In this document: positions 8,855-16,686 of the stretch, one piece after another
Position numbering within the stretch: position 1 is the stretch's first letter
Layout: each line of letters opens with the position of its first letter
From: Clostridia bacterium
GTDB taxonomy: Bacteria > Bacillota > Clostridia > TANB77 > UBA1234
Direction: 5' to 3'
NCBI GenBank assembly: GCA_017521465.1
Contig: JAFXCN010000025.1
Location: 3,330 to 35,329, forward strand
DNA: 32,000 nucleotides
The notes under the pieces: generated by a model
Told to the model about the DNA's origin: nothing
The model's database searches: none
The model's input: only the letters and a program-made list of their open reading frames with translations
Made by a program: the position numbers and the translations under genes

Positions 8855-8883
8855 ATTATAGCATAATATCAGCAACATTTCAA
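8855..8883 (-). promoter_or_regulatory. Near-consensus sigma-A promoter of the islet ORF
   Basis: Minus strand TTGAAA (8883-8878), 17-nt spacer, TATAAT (8860-8855). Confidence 0.55.
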
Positions 8884-8897
8884 ACAATTTTACATAA

Positions 8898-9461
8898 TTA
8901 TTTGCTTGTGATGTGAATTTTTTCTATTTCTACATTAAATTCTCTAGAAACTATATTTTGTATTTGCGCTAATTGTTCCTTAGAAAGCTCATCTTCATCA
9001 ACTATTACATTAATACTAGACGTATTGACTAATATTACTACCTCATCAAAACCTTTTAACTTTATTAAATTTTCCGCAATTGTAATCGAATTTCTTATTT
9101 TATTTATCTTATTTATCTCTTCTTGCGCCCCATTTTTTTGCTCTTCTGATACAGAATTACTCATTATTATATTTTCATAAGTTTCTATTTGCTCAGCGTA
9201 TGTATTTGCCCTATCTATTCTTGTTTGAACAAAATAATCTTCGTTATCTTTTGCAAAAACCTCAACAACATCTTCTTTTATATTTGTAGAATTTACAAAT
9301 ATAGCATCTCCTAAATTGTCTTCTATTTTGCCAGTCAATTCAACCTCAAAAGGTTTTGTTGGATCATATCTATAATTTAGATATCCCGCCATGACTAACA
9401 TCATTGTAACCGCAACTGCTAAAATTTGATTTTTCTTAATTACAGTAAATTTAAAATTCAT
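8898..9461 (-). CDS. spoIIIAH: Stage III sporulation protein AH
   Basis: Last gene of the eight-gene spoIIIA series. Single N-terminal TM (ILAVAVTMMLVMAGYLNY) plus an extracytoplasmic domain; size and position fit. Confidence 0.8.
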   Translation of the reverse strand: MNFKFTVIKKNQILAVAVTMMLVMAGYLNYRYDPTKPFEVELTGKIEDNLGDAIFVNSTNIKEDVVEVFAKDNEDYFVQTRIDRANTYAEQIETYENIIMSNSVSEEQKNGAQEEINKINKIRNSITIAENLIKLKGFDEVVILVNTSSINVIVDEDELSKEQLAQIQNIVSREFNVEIEKIHITSK

Positions 9462-9485
9462 ATTTTCCTCCTTGTTTTTAGAAGA

Positions 9486-10058
9486 TTAAGTATTCGTTCT
9501 CGCAAAAACTTGTATTCTATGTGATGGCACATTTACAGTTGCTTCTACCGCCTTTATTATATTTTCTTTTACTTTTAAATCTCCTGCTCCGTCTGCAACA
9601 ACCACAACACCAATTATTTCCGGCATAACAGTTTGTTTAATCACAGCCGATTTAGTACTATTCTTTTCTTCAAAAATTATATTATGCTCATTGTTAGTCT
9701 GCTGAGTTTTTCGTTTTCCGCCTTCTTTATCGCTTTCTTCTGTAACTGTTGTACTTATTTTTTCATCATACATTGGTACTTGTTCAATTCCATTCAAATA
9801 TGAAATCATTACATCTACTCTTCCCGTTCCATTTATTAGTGATAATATTTTTTGCAATTTTTGTTCTAAATCATTATATGTATTATTTTCAGATTTAATT
9901 TGCAAATTAGTTTGTGTACTAACCGTTGCACTTTCTTCATTTGGCACAAGCAATGTGTTCATCACTATAATTATTATGATAAAGAGCAGTAGAAATATTA
10001 CTGAATTTTCTATTATTTTTTTCTGTTCACCATTCTTTATTTTTTCTAAAAAATTCAT
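9486..10058 (-). CDS. spoIIIAG: Stage III sporulation protein AG
   Basis: Position in the operon, N-terminal TM, and C-terminal segment IIGVVVVADGAGD typical of SpoIIIAG. Confidence 0.8.
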   Translation of the reverse strand: MNFLEKIKNGEQKKIIENSVIFLLLFIIIIIVMNTLLVPNEESATVSTQTNLQIKSENNTYNDLEQKLQKILSLINGTGRVDVMISYLNGIEQVPMYDEKISTTVTEESDKEGGKRKTQQTNNEHNIIFEEKNSTKSAVIKQTVMPEIIGVVVVADGAGDLKVKENIIKAVEATVNVPSHRIQVFARTNT

Positions 10059-10071
10059 ATTCTATTTCCTC

Positions 10072-10602
10072 CTAATTAATTTTTATATTTGCTTTTTTTA
10101 TTCCATAATTTAAATTAATTATTGTTTTTATAATTTCTTTATCATAACTAGTTAACTCCGTTGATGCATTTTTAAAAACATCTATAACGACAGGTTGTAT
10201 ATCGCCATCATCATGTTCAATTAAAAGCTCTAAATCTGTGGGCTCGTATGTGTTCTTATCTGTGACCATCTTTATATCAATAACTTTGTAGCCATTCTCT
10301 TCAAGCCTTTTTATGATGTCTAATTTCAAATTTTCATTATATGAATTATATATGTGACTTTCATTAAATTCATATTCTATATTTGAAACTTCAATTTGAT
10401 TTTCCTCTATTAATTTTTCTATATCAATATCGCTATTGAACAGATTAATTATTGGAGTTATTATCACTAGCATTAAAATTAGTCCTCCAAAAAATTTTAC
10501 ATATTTTTTCATATTTCCAGAAGGTAACAACATTTCAATTATTGTAATTAATATAACTGCAGCAACAAGCGTTGATGCAGTACTAGATAAGTCATTTATC
10601 AT
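10072..10602 (-). CDS. spoIIIAF: Stage III sporulation protein AF
   Basis: Position in the operon, two N-terminal TM helices, 176 aa. Confidence 0.75.
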   Translation of the reverse strand: MINDLSSTASTLVAAVILITIIEMLLPSGNMKKYVKFFGGLILMLVIITPIINLFNSDIDIEKLIEENQIEVSNIEYEFNESHIYNSYNENLKLDIIKRLEENGYKVIDIKMVTDKNTYEPTDLELLIEHDDGDIQPVVIDVFKNASTELTSYDKEIIKTIINLNYGIKKANIKIN

Positions 10603-10611
10603 TTTTTCTCC

Positions 10612-11730
10612 TTACTTATACATCAATGCCGTATTGGATAATTTAAGCATAAATGTTATTGCAATAATAAACAAAAAGACTACTGTAGCAAGTACCGCAA
10701 AAAGTATTTTTACCGAATCTCCAACTCCGGACATGCATTTAACAATTCTCTTATCTGCAATTGGTTCAATAAGTGCAGATGATAAATTAAAAATAATCAT
10801 CATGATAAGTGTTTTTATTAGAGGCATTAATGTAGCAGCAAGAATTGCAAGTATTCCAACAAATCCAATTGCATTCTTTGTAATTGTCACTCCACCAATC
10901 ACACTATCAACTGTATCTCCTAAAATTTTACCAACCACAGGCACTGCCGATGAAACAACAACTTTTGCAGTCTTTGCGGTAATACCATCAACTGTCGATG
11001 ACAATGTTCCTTCTAATGATAAAACTCCAACAAAAACTATTAATGTAATTTCTGTAATCCATAATGCACATTTTTTCAGCATAGCGGAAAGCTTTTCAAC
11101 ATTTATATGTTCAGATATATTGCTTATCACATTTATTATTGTTGAGATGAAAGTTACTGGCAAAACAAAATTCGAAAGCAAATTTGTTATTAGTGCAATC
11201 ATGCTTATTAATACTGGCTGTAACATTGCAACTGTTGTTACATTTCCGGTCGCCACTATTAAGGATATAATTAACGGCACTAATAATTTCATCAAATTAC
11301 TAATATTTGAAATAGTATCCCTACACAAATCAATTACATTCGCAAATGTTGTAACTATCAATATAACAACTAATATGTAACAAACATAAAAAGCAATTTC
11401 GCTAGTTCCACTTTCACCAAAACTACTCTGTATATTTTTTAATACACTACACAAAATTGCTATACCAACAATTTTTATAACTAATGAAATATTAGATTTA
11501 AATTCATTTAAAAAAATATCTGTAATCTTTTGAAACAAATTTTCTGAAGCATTCACATCTCCACACATTACACTTGTTATAAAACTTTCATCTCCTAGTT
11601 CAGGGAAAAACTCATTAGAATAATTTTTCATCTCATTTGAAAAATCACTAAGATTGATATTTGTACAAAATGCTGTTGGCATAGTAAATATCATAATAAT
11701 TAATATTATAAAAAGTTTTTTCATACACAT
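10612..11730 (-). CDS. spoIIIAE: Stage III sporulation protein AE (polytopic membrane protein)
   Basis: 372 aa with a signal-like N-terminus and many TM segments; position in the operon. The start may be the ATG two codons downstream (MKKLF). Confidence 0.85.
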   Translation of the reverse strand: MCMKKLFIILIIMIFTMPTAFCTNINLSDFSNEMKNYSNEFFPELGDESFITSVMCGDVNASENLFQKITDIFLNEFKSNISLVIKIVGIAILCSVLKNIQSSFGESGTSEIAFYVCYILVVILIVTTFANVIDLCRDTISNISNLMKLLVPLIISLIVATGNVTTVAMLQPVLISMIALITNLLSNFVLPVTFISTIINVISNISEHINVEKLSAMLKKCALWITEITLIVFVGVLSLEGTLSSTVDGITAKTAKVVVSSAVPVVGKILGDTVDSVIGGVTITKNAIGFVGILAILAATLMPLIKTLIMMIIFNLSSALIEPIADKRIVKCMSGVGDSVKILFAVLATVVFLFIIAITFMLKLSNTALMYK

Positions 11731-11737
11731 GCTCCGT

Positions 11738-12124
11738 CTAAGGTAAAATATTTGTTATTGTATCAATTAATGCACCAAGTATTGGGACAGACATTGCAAT
11801 TATTATAACTCGTCCTGCAAGTTCTACTTTAGAAGCAATTGCAGTTTCGCCAGAGTCTTTACAAATGTTAGTTGCAAATTCTGAGAGGTACGCAATTCCA
11901 GTAATTTTTATAAGTAAAGAAAAGTATTGCATGTTTGTCCCTAATTTAGTTGATAAATCTTTTATAAGCTCTATGACAGAGGTAAGTTTTGCAATAACAA
12001 CAAAAAATATTAATATTCCTGCTATTATGGATATGTATATAGAAAATTCGGGTTTATATTGTTTTAACAACATAACTATAAACGTCGCTATAAAAGCAAT
12101 AGAAATAACTTGAACAACTTCCAT
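11738..12124 (-). CDS. spoIIIAD: Stage III sporulation protein AD
   Basis: 128-aa four-TM protein; position in the operon. Confidence 0.8.
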   Translation of the reverse strand: MEVVQVISIAFIATFIVMLLKQYKPEFSIYISIIAGILIFFVVIAKLTSVIELIKDLSTKLGTNMQYFSLLIKITGIAYLSEFATNICKDSGETAIASKVELAGRVIIIAMSVPILGALIDTITNILP

Positions 12125-12136
12125 CTTATCACTCCA

Positions 12137-12331
12137 TTAAAGATCAAATAATGTTTTTACCGTGTTAAACAAATTACTTATTTCTTTTACCACCATAGCT
12201 AAAACAATAACAAGACCTGTAAGCGTTGTCATCATTGCTTGATCTTCACGGCCAGCTCTAACCAAAACTTGATGTAATACTGCAACAATTATACCTATCG
12301 CTGCAATTTTGAATAATAACTGTATATCCAT
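12137..12331 (-). CDS. spoIIIAC: Stage III sporulation protein AC
   Basis: 64-aa two-TM protein; position in the operon. Confidence 0.8.
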   Translation of the reverse strand: MDIQLLFKIAAIGIIVAVLHQVLVRAGREDQAMMTTLTGLVIVLAMVVKEISNLFNTVKTLFDL

Positions 12332-12341
12332 AATTTCTCCT

Positions 12342-12869
12342 TCACATTAAAATAACAACTATAGCAAGCCCTGTTAAAATTCCCATGTTTCTGCAAAGTC
12401 TAAAATTTTTATTTTTTTCATTTTTGGCCTCATCGAGTTGTCCAAGTAACGTTCTTGATATAAGCCTTATATTTTTCACCTGACTTTCTAAATCAACTTG
12501 TCCGAGAGAAACACTGAGGCCTTTTAGAATTTCCGCATCACTTTGATTTATACTTAAAAAATTTCTTTCTTCTTCAACAGTGCTATTAAAGACATCACTT
12601 GCACTAAGACATTTTTCAATCTGTAATTTTTGAGAAGCAATTTCAAATATTTTCTTAGCTCCACTTTTCATATGTTTTGCAACAAATGAAAATGCATCTG
12701 ACATTGTATCGTATGTATAATTTAATCTACTTTCTAAAAGTTCAAGTGCTGTTATTAAATCTTGAAGTTCATCTACTCTTGATGAATATTTTTTTGATAT
12801 CAATACTCCAATAAAAGCAGAAAGTCCAACAATAACTAATAAAAGTAATATTTTAAATCCTAACAACAT
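12342..12869 (-). CDS. spoIIIAB: Stage III sporulation protein AB
   Basis: 175 aa with an N-terminal TM and a C-terminal TM; GGAGG SD; position in the operon. Confidence 0.8.
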   Translation of the reverse strand: MLLGFKILLLLVIVGLSAFIGVLISKKYSSRVDELQDLITALELLESRLNYTYDTMSDAFSFVAKHMKSGAKKIFEIASQKLQIEKCLSASDVFNSTVEEERNFLSINQSDAEILKGLSVSLGQVDLESQVKNIRLISRTLLGQLDEAKNEKNKNFRLCRNMGILTGLAIVVILM

Positions 12870-13747
12870 ACTTATCCTCCTTTAATGAATATATATTTTT
12901 TATAAAACCAGGTTGTTCACCTTTTCCCAAAATAATAATATTTTTAAAAACTTTATTTTCTAATAATGATTTTGAAATATCTTTTATCTCCTCACCATGA
13001 GCTGTTAAAAGCAATTTGACACCAGCATAGCCAGCCTCTTCAATAGCTTTTTCGTCCTTCTCACCTCCAATCTCATCTGTGGCAATCACTTGTGGTGACA
13101 TGCTTCTAATCATCATTCTCATACCAATATGTTTTAAACAATTATTCATGACATCCGTTCTTTTTCCGATATCATTTTGTGGAACACCCCTATACATCGC
13201 AGCAATTTCGGAACGTTCATCTACAAGGCCAATATTAATCCCATCATCACTTAGGCACCTTACCATATCTCTAAGAAGCGTAGTTTTTCCGCATCCGTGG
13301 TGGCGAAATAATAAGTGTATTTTCAAAATCATTCTTTTTAGAAATATATTTAAAAACTGTATTGCTACACTCTTTAACTTCCCTTGCAACTCTTATATTT
13401 AAACTGGATATGTACTTAATGTTTTTAACTTTATTATCTTCAATAATGCATGTCCCAGAAATACCAACACGATGCCCGCCACGTATTGTAATATAACCAT
13501 TATTTATTTCAGACTGAACTGCATAAATCGAATTATCAGAAAAAGCTTCTAGTAATTTTAAAATAGAATCTTGTCTTAGCCTTTCACCAACAAAAAAATC
13601 AAATTTGCATCCACGAATATTTACAGGCTGTCCAATTCTAATCCTAATTTCTTGAGCATCATTTAAAACATTTATTGGCACATCATTAAAATTACAAACA
13701 TATGTAGGAAAAAAATCAAAGATTTCTTTCCTTATCCTCTCAATCAT
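12853..13747 (-). pseudogene. spoIIIAA: Stage III sporulation protein AA (AAA+ ATPase) interrupted by a +1 frameshift in the Walker A codons
   Basis: ORF 13271..13786 ends ...NTLIISPPRMRKNYAS*. ORF 12853..13389 continues in another frame with ...HHGCGKTTLLRD.... Minus-strand DNA reads TCGCCACCACGGATGCGGAAAAACT. Removing one C restores S-P-P-G-C-G-K-T. Likely start is the ATG at 13747, 8 nt after GAGG. Confidence 0.8.
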
Positions 13748-13764
13748 ATACATCGCCTCAATAA

Positions 13765-13793
13765 ATATATATGATTGAATATGCAAAAATATT
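13765..13793 (-). promoter_or_regulatory. Possible sigma-E-type promoter of spoIIIA
   Basis: Minus strand ATATT, 14-nt spacer, CATATAtAT. This resembles the B. subtilis sigma-E consensus (ATATT-N14-CATACA-T) as I recall it, and spoIIIA is sigma-E dependent in Bacillus. Confidence 0.3.
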
Positions 13794-13823
13794 ACTAGAA
13801 TCGGTCGCGATTATTCGACAGTA

Positions 13824-13880
13824 ATTTTATCCCGGCCACTTTACACCGGAAAATCCGGTGTAAAGTGGCCGGGATAAAAT
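13824..13880. repeat. Perfect palindrome: 27-bp arms with a 3-nt spacer
   Basis: ATTTTATCCCGGCCACTTTACACCGGA aaa TCCGGTGTAAAGTGGCCGGGATAAAAT, checked base by base. It begins 5 nt after the sleB stop. Confidence 0.9.
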
Positions 13881-13885
13881 GCCGG

Positions 13886-14575
13886 TTACATGCAAAAGCG
13901 ATGTTTACCGATTGTGATTGTGTGCGGTCTCGACCATATCCATTTGTTTGTTGCTGTGTTTGGATTGAAATAATATAATGATCCGCCTGTTGGATCCCAT
14001 CCGTTTAGCGCATCACGCGCTGCGTTATATGCCGTTTGATTTGGTTCTAAGTTTATTTGTCCATCGTCTACTGCAGTAAATGCGCCTTTTTGATATATTA
14101 CTCCTGCTATTGTGCTTGGAAATTTAGGACTGTCTACTCTGTTTAATACCACTGCTGCTACTGCTACCATTCCACTATACGGTTCTCCTCTTGCTTCGCC
14201 ATGTATTAAGTGTGCCAGCAAATTTAAGTTTGCTTGCGATGTTCCTGCCGAACTGTTATTAGATGTACTCTGTATTCCCATTGCTGCAAGTGTTTGCTTT
14301 CCCGCAACACCATCTGCCTTTAATCCATTTTTTCTTTGAAAAAGTCTTACTGCGCTTACTGTTCGACTTCCATATATGCCATCGACTTCTCCTTTATAGT
14401 ATCCCCAATTTTTTAGTTTTGTTTGTATTTGTCTTACTTCACTTCCACTTGATCCAAATCTTGATACTGCTTCTGTTATTTTTGAATTATGATCTGTAAT
14501 TGCAACTCCAGCTATTATTCCTATATTGATTATTAGTATTATTGCAATTATTATTTTTCTGTACAAAAAAATCAC
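13886..14575 (-). CDS. sleB: Spore cortex-lytic enzyme SleB (PG_binding_1 plus SleB/Hydrolase_2 domain)
   Basis: N-terminal TM/signal; peptidoglycan-binding repeat SEVRQIQTKLKNWGYYKGEVDGIYGSRTVSAVRLFQRKNGLKADGVAGKQTL; catalytic-domain motifs GEARGEPYSGMVAVAAVVLNRV and GAFTAV. The track start is GTG directly abutting the SD, so TTG at 14566 may be the real start. Confidence 0.85.
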   Translation of the reverse strand: MIFLYRKIIIAIILIINIGIIAGVAITDHNSKITEAVSRFGSSGSEVRQIQTKLKNWGYYKGEVDGIYGSRTVSAVRLFQRKNGLKADGVAGKQTLAAMGIQSTSNNSSAGTSQANLNLLAHLIHGEARGEPYSGMVAVAAVVLNRVDSPKFPSTIAGVIYQKGAFTAVDDGQINLEPNQTAYNAARDALNGWDPTGGSLYYFNPNTATNKWIWSRPHTITIGKHRFCM

Positions 14576-14638
14576 CCTCTTGTAGTTAATAATTGTTAAT
14601 ATTATTAACTCATTAGGATGATTTTATGTATTTTTCCA

Positions 14639-15184
14639 TTATTTTATTTTCATAAATGCAATAACTCTTCCAAGTGCATAAACAACTTTATCAGTTTTAG
14701 TTAATCCAATCCTTTTGCCTATTCCTTTTCCTAAAACAGTAAGCGCTGTTATTGTTGCTGTAACCACTAGTGTAGAAAGTGTTATATCATCTTGTCCCAT
14801 TAATTCTGCAATTTCTACTGCTATTAATGCACCTGTAGCACCGCTTAACACTCCACAGATATCTCCTATTACATCTCCGCATACATTAGAAACTTTGTCA
14901 GCATTTTTTATTAGTTTAACAGCTTCTTTCGCACCTTTTTTCTTATCTGCTGCTTTGGCATGGAATGGAGCCTCGCTAGCCGCTGTTACAGCTGTTGCTA
15001 ACATATCTGATATTATACCAGCCAAAATTACTAGTATAAGTATTAATACAGACCAATATATGTTTAAATTTTCAACTGCTTCTGATGCTGTTGAATTAAA
15101 TACTGCTGAAAGTATAAATGTTATTATAAATATTTTTATTAACCATTTTTTATACTGCTTGGACTCTTCTTGTTTATTTGTCAT
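14639..15184 (-). CDS. oapA: Four-TM small membrane protein, probable OLE-associated protein OapA
   Basis: 181 aa with four predicted TM helices and a GDVIGDICG (DxxxD-like) segment in TM3. It lies directly downstream of, and co-oriented with, the ~600-nt structured non-coding segment. Confidence 0.55.
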   Translation of the reverse strand: MTNKQEESKQYKKWLIKIFIITFILSAVFNSTASEAVENLNIYWSVLILILVILAGIISDMLATAVTAASEAPFHAKAADKKKGAKEAVKLIKNADKVSNVCGDVIGDICGVLSGATGALIAVEIAELMGQDDITLSTLVVTATITALTVLGKGIGKRIGLTKTDKVVYALGRVIAFMKIK

Positions 15185-15249
15185 TTTTCTCTTCCTTTAC
15201 AAAATAAATCTGAAAATCAGCGATTTCCAGTTCTTAATTTTTTATATAA

Positions 15250-15855
15250 AAATTTAAGTGATAACATATCGAGTAAATTTTACGGCTTAGGTCCAGAAGG
15301 ATTTCCCTACAGTCTGCTAAGATATCGCCATCTTAGCGGTTCCCCATTAAAAACTGTACCTTAATGTTGCCAGTTAAGGGCCTGGATTACCACTTAGTCC
15401 GCACTTCAATCCTCGATATGTCCCTTAATTAACTTAAGAATGTTCTAGGAGATTTCCTCCAACTGCTAAAATAATTGTTTATCCTCTTTTGCAGCATTGG
15501 TTTCGTTTAAAATCAAACTCCATTTTATAACAATATAGCCGAAACTATCTTAATTAAAAATTTCCTTTAATTCTAAAGTTCGCCAATCCCACTCAAGGAA
15601 AGCTACACTGTGTACCCCACCCTCGGAAGGAAAGGGCCTTGCAGGTTTATCACATTACTTATCATAAGATAAATAACATGTCTCCACGGAAGAAGGGTCA
15701 ACGCCTACATGCCATTGTAGATCGCCCTTAATCCTTACTCCCTAGGAAAACCCTCGACTGGGCGTCGCGAGCCAACCTAAAGAACTTCATCGATATGCTC
15801 TTTCAACGGATTTTTAGGCCCGTCCTCACAATTCATAGCAATAACTAGAATAACA
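15250..15855 (-). ncRNA. ole: Probable OLE (ornate large extremophilic) RNA; boundaries approximate
   Basis: ~600 nt with no ORF of 60 aa or more on the minus strand (the only tracked ORFs, both plus-strand, clip its low-coordinate edge), visibly GC-enriched relative to its flanks. Many local helices, e.g. GCTAAGAT/ATCTTAGC (15316-15337) and CCTTAA/TTAAGG (15359-15379). The gene context nusB-xseA-xseB-...-[RNA]-4TM protein matches the published OLE/oapA neighbourhood. Confidence 0.6.
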
Positions 15856-15880
15856 CATCACTTATGTAATTGATATGATA

Positions 15881-15924
15881 TCAAAAAAAACAACTATAAT
15901 CAAGGGCGATTTAAGTTGTTTTTT
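15881..15924 (-). terminator. Weak terminator-like hairpin after the DUF212 gene, upstream of the ncRNA
   Basis: AACAACT/AGTTGTT stem (15889-15895 / 15914-15920) with an 18-nt loop. On the minus strand it is followed by T8. Confidence 0.4.
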
Positions 15925-16000
15925 CGTCATTTTTTACTAAATTTGATTTTTTTTTAGTTTTTGGTTCATTTATTAATTTCAACCTCGTTTTATCTCTTTT

Positions 16001-16441
16001 TTACCACAGCAATCTCAATGCACACGCTAATAATATTCCCACTATGGCTCCAACGAATACTTGAAGGGGTGTATGGCCAAGTAATTCTATGAGTTTCTCT
16101 TGAATGTTAATGTTTTTTCCATGTGTTTCAATTATTTGATTCAATACTTTTGCTTGCTTTCCTGCAGCTCGCCTTACTCCAGCAGAATCATACATTACAA
16201 CACATGCAAAAAGGACACTAAGAGCAAATATTGCTGATTCAAAACCTTCTCTATATCCAATTGCTGTTGCTAGCGAAGTAACTAACGCTGAATGTGAACT
16301 AGGCATTCCACCAGCTCCAACAAATCGTCTTATATCTAATTTTTTATTAATAATAAGTTCACTTACTACTTTATAACTTTGGATAATAAACCAAACTATT
16401 ATTGGTATCCATAAGCATTCATTGCTAAATACATTATCCAT
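16001..16441 (-). CDS. Divergent PAP2 family (DUF212, acid phosphatase/vanadium haloperoxidase-related) membrane protein
   Basis: GAGGMPSSHSALVTSLATAIG and YDSAGVRRAAGKQA motifs characteristic of DUF212; 146 aa. Confidence 0.8.
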   Translation of the reverse strand: MDNVFSNECLWIPIIVWFIIQSYKVVSELIINKKLDIRRFVGAGGMPSSHSALVTSLATAIGYREGFESAIFALSVLFACVVMYDSAGVRRAAGKQAKVLNQIIETHGKNINIQEKLIELLGHTPLQVFVGAIVGILLACALRLLW

Positions 16442-16450
16442 TTATTTCAC

Positions 16451-16675
16451 CTATTCTGTAATAAAATTTTCTTCTTTCATGCTTCCATCAGATTGCTCTA
16501 CCAGTATAGATACTGTTTTTTCAGCATCTTCTAATAATTTATTACAATAATTTGATAATTCTATTCCTTTTTTGAATTTCTCAATAGATTTATCTAACGA
16601 CAAATCTCCTGATTCCAACTCAGACACAACTTCTTCTAGATCTTTCATTGCATCTTCAAATGATAAGTTTTCCAT
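16451..16675 (-). CDS. xseB: Exodeoxyribonuclease VII small subunit
   Basis: 74 aa, MENLSFEDAMKDLEEVVSELESGDLSLDKSIEKFKKGIEL; lies directly after xseA. Confidence 0.9.
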   Translation of the reverse strand: MENLSFEDAMKDLEEVVSELESGDLSLDKSIEKFKKGIELSNYCNKLLEDAEKTVSILVEQSDGSMKEENFITE

Positions 16676-16686
16676 GTTATTCTCCT

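Noticed and set aside
8125-8856. Type III toxin-antitoxin locus (ToxIN-like): ~35-nt tandem repeats, a terminator hairpin and a ~170-aa ORF
   Set aside because: The order is wrong for the credible (minus-strand) ORF, because the repeats lie downstream of it and beyond its terminator. The plus-strand ORF 8290..8757 would give the right order, but it is Leu/Phe/Cys-rich antisense-type sequence without an SD. The plus-strand hairpin lacks a U-tract. The minus-strand product is a charged coiled-coil type, unlike the ToxN/AbiQ sequences I recall. The idea is kept only as a remote possibility in the repeat finding.
10436-11380. Long plus-strand ORFs antisense to known genes: 314 aa opposite spoIIIAE, 209 aa at 26317..26946 opposite groEL, 180 aa at 14715..15257 opposite oapA
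   Set aside because: These are shadow frames of well-supported minus-strand genes. They have low-complexity Ser/Thr/Ile/Phe-rich composition and no SD.
12853-13786. Two separate genes (171 aa and 178 aa) in place of spoIIIAA
   Set aside because: The two frames join exactly within the conserved ISPP-GCGKTT P-loop after removal of one base. The second ORF has no plausible SD or start of its own.
15250-15855. RNase P RNA, tmRNA, SRP RNA or a group II intron as the identity of the 600-nt non-coding segment
   Set aside because: I found no GAGGAAAGTCC-type P4 motif on either strand and no tRNA-like ...CCACCA 3' end or tag ORF. There is no GUGYG 5' end, domain V or IEP ORF, and no SRP GGAA-type domain IV motif. 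The size and gene context fit OLE better.
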